Positions 18,039 through 24,408 of a stretch of DNA of 32,000 nt are shown piece after piece. The position numbers were made by a program, and so were the translations under genes. The first letter of the stretch is position 1. Each line of letters starts with the position of its first letter. The stretch is from Opitutales bacterium (GTDB lineage Bacteria > Verrucomicrobiota > Verrucomicrobiia > Opitutales > Oceanipulchritudinaceae): contig JAFGLA010000045.1 in NCBI GenBank assembly GCA_016928295.1, positions 5,819-37,818 of the forward strand. Reading direction: 5' to 3'. The notes below the pieces were generated by a model. The model did not search any database. It was given only the letters and a program-made list of their open reading frames with translations, and had not been told where the DNA came from.

Positions 18039-20144
18039 TTAGAACAGCTCCTCCTGCCCCGAAGTGTCTCCCACAAAGTCCGCGTAACGCTTCAGCCACT
18101 CGTCGAGTTTCTTCAGGTAATAGTCCGCAGCGTAGGGGGCAGCCTGCGCGTCGAAGTCATGCAAGGGGCGGGCGCGCTGCCAGTCGCTCGTCTGGCCCTT
18201 CTGCTTTGGCAATATGTAATACAGCACCCGCTCGCCCATGCGCGGGGGAGGATTCATTCGCAGGGCAACTTCCAGAGAGGCACGGCGCGGCTTGCCCCCC
18301 GCCTCGATCTTCTTTCTGTAAGCCTCGGGACTCATCGAGAGGTACTCGCCACGCGCAAGCTGGCGCACATCCATGCTGCCGCTTTCAATCAACTTGCGCG
18401 CCTTGCAGACGCACTCTGCCGGCGTCTTCTCTTCCGCCCCCAGCATGTAGGCGACAAGCTGCCGCGTTAGCCGCTTGAGGAAAGGCTCCGTGCCGCGAGA
18501 GCGGAACGCGCTGCCCTTCATCGTGATCCTGCCCCCGTCGTACAGGGCGTAGTTTTTCGCCTTGTAGCAGAACATCGAATCGTAACGCCCGTCAAACTCC
18601 AGCGCCACGCCCTGAGGGAGCAAATGCGAAACCTTGGCGAGCAAATCCTCCGGCTCGTCCCAATACTTGCCCCCTTCGAGATATATTCCGTCAGTGTCGG
18701 CCTCCAGCACGCGGCAGCCCAGCTCCTGAAACTCCGCAATCAGGCTCTGCAATAGCTCGCGCCCGCGACGGGTGATTTCGGCGGCAAGGCCCGGGTCCGC
18801 AAAGCGTGCCTGCGGAAAACCGAGATAGCCGTAAAATGAGTTTATGAGTATTTTGAAGCTCTGCTGACGCGCATTGTGCGTATTGCGCAACTCGTCAGTA
18901 GCTGCTTCTTTGGCAAGGCGCTTGTATTCAAGGCGCAGCTCTCGCAGTTCCTTGAGAAGCGGAACGAACACGTTCAGCGCGTCACCCGCCGGGCCTCGCC
19001 CTATGGACAAAAGAAGCGACGGATACAGCGAGGCCACGTCGTAATGCAACACATTGTGAAATACGCCCGTTTCGAAACTGTGCGAGAACGCGCCCTCGAA
19101 AGGCACGCTTTCGGGGAAGTCCGGCAGGGCGTGCGAGCCGTGGTAGTAACGCTCAAACAGTAGCGAATCCACCTTTGCCGAAGAACCGCGAAGACAGACC
19201 TCCTGCATGGGCAGGGGAATGTTCTGCGCCTGCGCAAAATACGTTGGCAACAAAGTGTCCGAAACAGCGCGGGCAAGCCCAAGGCGACGCTCAAGCTCCT
19301 GTGCCGGAGTGAGTTCCGCGCCGTCGGCATCCGCGTCCTCGGGCAGGGCGCCAAAGTATTCGGCCACCTCGTCCAGTTCGTAACCGGGCAATTCTCTCGC
19401 GCTTATGTCATAGACCTGAACGGCAATCGCGCTGTCGAACACGCCGCGCCCGGGCATGTCGCAACGTTGGAAATCTATCCAACGTTCGGCAATGCGCATA
19501 CGGCTCTTGCGAATACTAGCATTCTGGCCGAAGCGGCCCCATTGCGGGGCGACGCGATAGCGGCGGCAGCGGCGAAACAGGAAGTCCAGCGGGCCGGAAA
19601 GAATGCCGTGCCCTTCGACAAGGTCCGGGTCCGCCTCCAGAAGTAGCTCCACGAAACGCTTCAGCATTTTTCTTTCCGCATCCGAACTGACGTCTTCGGG
19701 CTCCAGAACGAGCGTCTTTCCGTCGGGCAGAATCATCCCGATCGCCAACACCCTGTGGGCGGCCTGAGTCGGGTCCGGGGCCTCGTCGGGACAGTCGATT
19801 TCAAGATCCAGCGTGACGCGGCGAAGCTCGGCAAAGAGCATCCCTTCGTAGTAGCGGCTGCGCGTGTGCATGAGGTACTGGGCCTCAAGCGGCTTCACAG
19901 CCTCGGCAGGCAGGCTGCGGTCGGACGCCGCAGCTCGGAACACCGCCGGGCTGTCGAAAAAGATCAGCTTGTCCAAAGCGCCGTCCCCCTCAAGAGCGCG
20001 CACTTCGATGCCTTCGGCCATGGGAAGCTCCTCGGCCCATATGAAGGGGCGAAAGCCCTCTACCACGCTGCAAGTTCTGCCCTGCCCGTCTTTCTCGCAA
20101 ACATGGACGCGCCCTTCATCATCAACCCAAAGTCCGCAAATCAT
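18039..20144 (-). CDS. polB: Family-B DNA polymerase (compact, 701 aa)
   Basis: ExoI DLEID (aa 113-117). Pol motif A HYDVASLYPSLL (aa 368-379). Motif B KILINSFYGYLG (aa 431-442). Motif C LEADTDGIY (aa 480-488). KxY motif YKAKNYALY. The motifs look more like archaeal/eukaryotic RNA-primed PolBs (DTDG, NSFYGY) than E. coli Pol II (YGDTDS). Confidence 0.88.
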   Translation of the reverse strand: MICGLWVDDEGRVHVCEKDGQGRTCSVVEGFRPFIWAEELPMAEGIEVRALEGDGALDKLIFFDSPAVFRAAASDRSLPAEAVKPLEAQYLMHTRSRYYEGMLFAELRRVTLDLEIDCPDEAPDPTQAAHRVLAIGMILPDGKTLVLEPEDVSSDAERKMLKRFVELLLEADPDLVEGHGILSGPLDFLFRRCRRYRVAPQWGRFGQNASIRKSRMRIAERWIDFQRCDMPGRGVFDSAIAVQVYDISARELPGYELDEVAEYFGALPEDADADGAELTPAQELERRLGLARAVSDTLLPTYFAQAQNIPLPMQEVCLRGSSAKVDSLLFERYYHGSHALPDFPESVPFEGAFSHSFETGVFHNVLHYDVASLYPSLLLSIGRGPAGDALNVFVPLLKELRELRLEYKRLAKEAATDELRNTHNARQQSFKILINSFYGYLGFPQARFADPGLAAEITRRGRELLQSLIAEFQELGCRVLEADTDGIYLEGGKYWDEPEDLLAKVSHLLPQGVALEFDGRYDSMFCYKAKNYALYDGGRITMKGSAFRSRGTEPFLKRLTRQLVAYMLGAEEKTPAECVCKARKLIESGSMDVRQLARGEYLSMSPEAYRKKIEAGGKPRRASLEVALRMNPPPRMGERVLYYILPKQKGQTSDWQRARPLHDFDAQAAPYAADYYLKKLDEWLKRYADFVGDTSGQEELF

Positions 20145-20198
20145 GCATTAAAAGCTAATCGCTAATGGCGTATATTGCCAGCACATCGTTTGTACACT

Positions 20199-20214
20199 TG
20201 GCAACGGGTATGCT
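20199..20214 (+). promoter_or_regulatory. Possible sigma-54 (-24/-12) promoter upstream of the CoA-transferase-like/GNAT gene
   Basis: TGGCAAC-GGGT-ATGCT compared with the consensus TGGCACG-N4-TTGCW. The invariant GG (20200-20201) and GC (20212-20213) have the correct 12-nt register, about 43 nt upstream of the ATG at 20257. There are three mismatches elsewhere and no enhancer site is identified. Confidence 0.25.
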
Positions 20215-20256
20215 TGCGCAGGCGCGGAAAAGTGTTACACCAGTTAGACATTGGAC

Positions 20257-22134
20257 ATGACGCCCCTTAGCGATTCGCAATGGACGAAAGTAGTCCGCCC
20301 CGGCTCCAAGGTCTATCTTGGCGGCGGTGCGGCCTGCCCCTTGGTTCTCAAAGAGGCCATCCTCCGCCACGCGCAGGAAATTGGGGACATTACCCTGATT
20401 CACGAAATGCCTACGGGAGAACCGGGATGGGCAGCTTCGAAGCTTGAGAACATCCTGCGCGTAATACTGCCCGGGCCGGATGATCGCCCCCCACGCTGCG
20501 GCCCTCATGTGGAGCACATCCCTTGCGGGCGCTGGCAAGTGGCGGACATGCTCCGGCAGGGAATGCCCGGGGCGGATGTAGCACTAATCAGCGTTAGCCC
20601 GCCAGACGCGCAGGGCTTCTGCTCGATGGGGCCGGGCATCGGGGCCGCGCTTGCCGCCTGCGACTGCGCAAGCGTGATTATTGCGCAGATAAATGAAAAC
20701 ATCCCACGAGTCCCAGGCCAGAGCTACATACACAGCTCCCGCATCAACTACTTTGTTGAGCAAAGTCAGCCGCTTGCAAACGCGGCGCAAAACAAGCCCT
20801 ACCCTGCGATTTTCCGCCGCATGGGCGATTACGCAGCGCAGATAATACCCGACGGCTGCACGATTCAGGCCGGTCTTGCCCCCGCTGTGGAGGCAACGCT
20901 CGACGCCCTTGGCAAACACCGCCACTTGGGTCTGCATTCCGCAATCATGGGCGACGCACACATGCGCCTCATCCTGAGCGGAGCGGTGGACAACAGCCAG
21001 AAGATGCTCGACAGGGGCGTAAGCGTCGTGTCGTGGATCTTCGGCAGCAAGGAACTTTACCAGTTCGCGGCCAACAACCCGCACATCAGCATCCAGCCCG
21101 GGGAATACGTGTCGCACCCCGAAACGATCCTGCGCCAGCAAAAGTTTGCCAGCATCAACTCCGCAACGGCTGTGGACACTGCTGGCCGAGTCCTCGTCGA
21201 GCCAAACAGCATGGAGCGCCCCGGGGCGAGCGAGCCGGACTTCATGCGCAATTCCGCAATAGGCGCGGAAGGGCTGTCCATAGTCGTCATGCCCTCGACC
21301 ACGGGCGACGGACCGCTTCGCCGCTCGCGCATACTCTCCCGCATCGGTTTTGAAGGCAGCCCGGGCGCAGCCTACGTAGGCGCCCACCACATCGTTACCG
21401 AGTACGGCATGGCCAACATAAAGGCCGCGTCGCTACGCGAAAGAGCGATGGAAATCATCGAGATAGCCCACCCCGACTACCGCGCGGAATTGCTGGCTCA
21501 GGCGCGAGAGGACGGCCTTTTGCCCAGCTATTACCGCCTCTCCCCCCAGCGCCCGAACGAGGAGGAAACGACAGCCTCTCGAAGCGCGGTACTGCGCGAC
21601 GGCAAACGCTACATTCTGCGCCCGTTGCGCCCCAGCGACGAACAGCGCCTTCAAGCATTTTTCTACACCCACGACGAGGAAACTATCCAGCGCCGCTACG
21701 GATTCGCCGTCACGCGCATGAGCCAGCAGCGCGCCTTTGAAAGCGCCTGTGTGGACCAGACTCACGATCTGGCACTTGGCCTCTTGGACATGGAAGACTC
21801 CCGCCCCGTCGTCCGCGCCGTTGCCCGCTACTATCTGGACAAGAAGGGCAAGGCTGCGGAGATGGCCATCGTTGTTGACCAGCGTTGTCGCCGCCTCGGC
21901 ATGGCGCGCCTCTTGCTCGAAGAGATGATCGCCGTGGCCGCGAACCGTGGCCTCAAGCGCCTCTGGGCACAGGTGGACAGGGACAACATCCCCATGCTCA
22001 AGCTCTTCCAGCAGTATCCGGCAGCCCTCGAACACGGGGACGAGCCGAACACGATGCGCGTTGTACTGGAGCTAGGCGAACAGACGCCCGAAAGCCCGCA
22101 TTACAGCATCCTCCAGCGCGTGAAGGACAAATGA
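20257..22134 (+). CDS. Fusion protein: acetyl-CoA hydrolase/4-hydroxybutyrate CoA-transferase-like domains plus a C-terminal Pat-type GNAT acetyltransferase
   Basis: The N-terminal ~430 aa match the CoA-transferase family tail almost verbatim (HHIVTEYGMANIKAASLRERAMEIIEIAHPDYRAELLAQA). The C-terminal ~170 aa (YILRPLRPSDEQRLQAFFY..S.ETIQRRYGF......DQTHDLALG....VVRAVARYY.D..GKAAEMAIVVDQRCRRLGMARLLLEEMI..A..RGLKRLWAQVDRDNIPMLKLF) match the GNAT module of Pat/PatZ-type protein acetyltransferases. The track start at 20251 is a TTG; the first ATG is at 20257. Confidence 0.8.
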   Translation: MTPLSDSQWTKVVRPGSKVYLGGGAACPLVLKEAILRHAQEIGDITLIHEMPTGEPGWAASKLENILRVILPGPDDRPPRCGPHVEHIPCGRWQVADMLRQGMPGADVALISVSPPDAQGFCSMGPGIGAALAACDCASVIIAQINENIPRVPGQSYIHSSRINYFVEQSQPLANAAQNKPYPAIFRRMGDYAAQIIPDGCTIQAGLAPAVEATLDALGKHRHLGLHSAIMGDAHMRLILSGAVDNSQKMLDRGVSVVSWIFGSKELYQFAANNPHISIQPGEYVSHPETILRQQKFASINSATAVDTAGRVLVEPNSMERPGASEPDFMRNSAIGAEGLSIVVMPSTTGDGPLRRSRILSRIGFEGSPGAAYVGAHHIVTEYGMANIKAASLRERAMEIIEIAHPDYRAELLAQAREDGLLPSYYRLSPQRPNEEETTASRSAVLRDGKRYILRPLRPSDEQRLQAFFYTHDEETIQRRYGFAVTRMSQQRAFESACVDQTHDLALGLLDMEDSRPVVRAVARYYLDKKGKAAEMAIVVDQRCRRLGMARLLLEEMIAVAANRGLKRLWAQVDRDNIPMLKLFQQYPAALEHGDEPNTMRVVLELGEQTPESPHYSILQRVKDK

Positions 22135-22311
22135 CAATTCAGAAAAAGACATATTACAGCCTTTCGAGCAGCCATCGGATCTGAATCTGATTGACCCCGA
22201 AGGCATCTGGATGGAAGACTTCAATAATCGTGCGCTGGGAGTTGAAAAGTCAGCTCCTTACCTTTTCTTTTACCCTCAGGTCTCTTTAAACGTTCACCAA
22301 ATAGAACTGAA

Positions 22312-23298
22312 ATGAAAAAACCCATTCGAGTAGCTGTGACCGGCGCTGCCGGCAACATCGGATACGCTATCGTGTTCCGCCTCGCCTCTGGCGAAGTGTT
22401 CGGCGCGGATCAGCCCGTTGCGATCAACCTCATCGAAGTGCCCCAAGTAGTTGAAAAGCTCAAGGGCGTGAAGATGGAACTGGACGACTGCGCATTCCCG
22501 CTCCTTACGGACGTAGTGTGCACAAGCGACCCCGCCGAGGGCTTCAAGGACTGCAACTGGTGCATGCTCGTAGGCAGCAAGCCGCGCGGCCCGGGCATGG
22601 AACGCGCGGACCTGCTCAAGGACAACGGCAAGATTTTTGTCGGTCAGGGCAAGGCCATCGCTGAAAACGCAGCCGCTGACGTGCGCGTCCTCGTTGTGGG
22701 TAACCCCTGCAACACCAACTGCCTTATCGCGATGAACAACGCCAAGTCCGTACCGGCCAACCGCTGGTTCGCGATGACCCGCCTGGACGAAAACCGCGCA
22801 GCATCAATGCTCGCGGAAAAGGCTGGCGTCCCTGTCAGCGAAGTGAGCAACGTGGCAATCTGGGGCAACCACTCGCCCACGATGTACACCGACTTCTACA
22901 ACGCGAAGATCTCCGGCAAGCCCGCCCTCGACGTCATCAAGGACGAAGAGTGGCTCAAGGGCGAGTTCCAGAGCCTCGTCGGCAAGCGCGGCGCAGCCGT
23001 CATTGCCGCCCGTGGCGCATCCAGCGCAGCCAGCGCAGCCAACGCGGCCCTCGCCACAGTCAAGAGCCTTTACAACAAGACTCCCGACGGCGAATGGACA
23101 AGCGTATGCATCCCCTCCGACGGCAGCTACGGCGTGCCCGCCGGTATTGTAAGCTCCTTCCCCGTCGTTTCCGACGGCAAGGGCGGCTACACAATCGTTC
23201 AGGGCCTGCCCGTGAACGAGTTCGCCAAGGGCGCGATTGCCAAGACAGTCGCCGAACTTGTCAGCGAGAAAGAAACCGTCAAGGACATGATTCCCTAA
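22312..23298 (+). CDS. mdh: Malate dehydrogenase (NAD-dependent, LDH-like type 2 / 'cytosolic-type' family)
   Basis: [40 protein letters not shown]......L.GV.MEL.DCAFPLL; MTRLDENRA; IWGNHS.T. These are diagnostic of this MDH family. Confidence 0.95.
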   Translation: MKKPIRVAVTGAAGNIGYAIVFRLASGEVFGADQPVAINLIEVPQVVEKLKGVKMELDDCAFPLLTDVVCTSDPAEGFKDCNWCMLVGSKPRGPGMERADLLKDNGKIFVGQGKAIAENAAADVRVLVVGNPCNTNCLIAMNNAKSVPANRWFAMTRLDENRAASMLAEKAGVPVSEVSNVAIWGNHSPTMYTDFYNAKISGKPALDVIKDEEWLKGEFQSLVGKRGAAVIAARGASSAASAANAALATVKSLYNKTPDGEWTSVCIPSDGSYGVPAGIVSSFPVVSDGKGGYTIVQGLPVNEFAKGAIAKTVAELVSEKETVKDMIP

Positions 23299-23354
23299 CA
23301 AGGGAGCCAGTCAACAGCCTGCACCCCTTGGGAACGCGGGCCTGACATAACAGC

Positions 23355-23397
23355 AAAGGCCGCACGCGGAACAACATCCGCTGCGGCCTTTGTGTTT
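23355..23397 (+). terminator. Rho-independent terminator after mdh
   Basis: GGCCGCA(c)GCGG (23358-23369) pairs with CCGCTGCGGCC (23378-23388): 11 bp with one bulged C and an 8-nt loop, followed by TTTGTGTTT. Confidence 0.8.
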
Positions 23398-23480
23398 GGG
23401 CAATTTCCCGATATGGATCCAATGAGAGCCAAAACACGGTGTGCATCACGGGGAGCACGCAGTCATTGTTCCCTCACCCG

Positions 23481-23524
23481 AAAAACACGATGCCTGCCCG
23501 ATACACAGTATCAAAGCAGGCATC
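23481..23524 (-). terminator. Rho-independent terminator after the peroxiredoxin gene
   Basis: GATGCCTGC (23489-23497) pairs with GCAGGCATC (23516-23524): a perfect 9 bp with an 18-nt loop. On the minus strand it is followed by GTGTTTTT (complement of 23481-23488). It lies 45 nt downstream of the stop at 23570. Confidence 0.7.
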
Positions 23525-23569
23525 GCCCCGTATACTTTTACTTTGCCCCAAAATACTTGTCGCAACCCT

Positions 23570-24046
23570 CTAGCTGTCCTTGATGGCGGTTCTGATGCGC
23601 TCGAAATCAGGCAACCTTGTCGGGTCGTCGCTGGACTCCGCGTATGTGATAACGCCGCGCTTGTTGATTACAAAAGCCGAACGCTTCGCCACGCCCTTCA
23701 TGCCTAGAAGCTCTGTATATTGCACTCCGTAAAGCGCGGACACCTCCTTGTTGAAGTCCGAAAGAAGCGTAACCTTGATATTCGAACTGCGCGCAAAAGC
23801 CTCCTGCGCAAAAGGGCTGTCCACGCTCACTGCGTAAACAGCGGCATCCATCTCATCGTATTCGTCCAAGCCGCCGCTTACACTGCAAAGCTCTTGCGTG
23901 CATACAGATGTGAAAGCGAAAGGAAAGAACAGCAACACGGTGTTGCGAACGCCAATATTGTCCGAAATGTCAACCTCGGCCAGCCCCTCGGGGGTCTTGG
24001 TCTTGAGTTTGAACAAAGGGGCTTTGTCTCCGACTTTCAGGCTCAT
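23570..24046 (-). CDS. Peroxiredoxin (AhpC/TSA-Redoxin family, 1-Cys/atypical 2-Cys type)
   Basis: MSLKVGDKAPLFKLKT......V.ISD..G.RNTVLLFFPFAFTSVCTQELC has the peroxidatic Cys in its FTSVCT context. The 72-codon N-terminal extension in the track (to 24262) is non-homologous, AT-richer and covers the palindromic element, so the start is trimmed to the ATG at 24046. Confidence 0.85.
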   Translation of the reverse strand: MSLKVGDKAPLFKLKTKTPEGLAEVDISDNIGVRNTVLLFFPFAFTSVCTQELCSVSGGLDEYDEMDAAVYAVSVDSPFAQEAFARSSNIKVTLLSDFNKEVSALYGVQYTELLGMKGVAKRSAFVINKRGVITYAESSDDPTRLPDFERIRTAIKDS

Positions 24047-24074
24047 TGTAGTAATTATTGAAGATGTAGGACAG

Positions 24075-24224
24075 CTATAACAACTGGTTTCGTAGCGAGA
24101 ACGATGATTTACGGATGTATGGCAAGACTTCGGAAGTGAGTAGTATTGGAGAAATCCGGCGAACTTCCGAAACGAAGCCAGACGCCGCAAAGAACGTTCG
24201 TAGCAGAAATCAAAGTTGTTATAG
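24075..24224. repeat. 150-bp single-axis imperfect palindrome (long hairpin / MITE-like element) between the GH5 and peroxiredoxin genes
   Basis: A perfect 11-bp outer repeat, CTATAACAACT (24075-24085), pairs with AGTTGTTATAG (24214-24224). A perfect 9-bp inner repeat, TTCGGAAGT (24129-24137), pairs with ACTTCCGAA (24163-24171). Both share axis ~24150. Intermediate on-axis blocks are 24086-24091/24206-24211, 24099-24103/24195-24199, 24108-24114/24185-24191 and 24117-24123/24177-24183. Confidence 0.6.
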
Positions 24225-24408
24225 GTGGCCTGTAGGCAATAAGGCGCGCTTAAAGCCGCCATGCATTATCCTTATGATACATTGCCACACATTCTTATTC
24301 CGTCAAACGGTGGAGAGCATTTCCAGCACGCCAAACGCCTCTCCCCAACTCAAGCTATGACAGCTAACTGGCGAAGACCACTCTACCCGCGCCCAAAGAG
24401 CGGGGGAA

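Noticed and set aside
16788-20250. polB region as a casposon, pipolin or other self-replicating mobile element
   Set aside because: No Cas1, integrase/recombinase, terminal inverted repeats, flanking tRNA or direct repeats are visible. Composition looks like the surrounding genome. The motif B/C style is that of RNA-primed rather than protein-primed or primer-independent PolBs.
20584-22035. Antisense ORFs 20584-21390 (268 aa) and 21433-22035 (200 aa) opposite the CoA-transferase/GNAT gene
   Set aside because: These are shadow ORFs of a GC-rich gene. The plus frame is strongly family-like along its whole length.
24047-24262. 72-codon N-terminal extension of the peroxiredoxin ORF (ATG at 24262)
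   Set aside because: The extension has no similarity to peroxiredoxins, which normally begin right at MSLKVGDKAP. It is Cys/Tyr/Ser-rich and is occupied by the 150-bp palindromic element, so the real start is taken as 24046.
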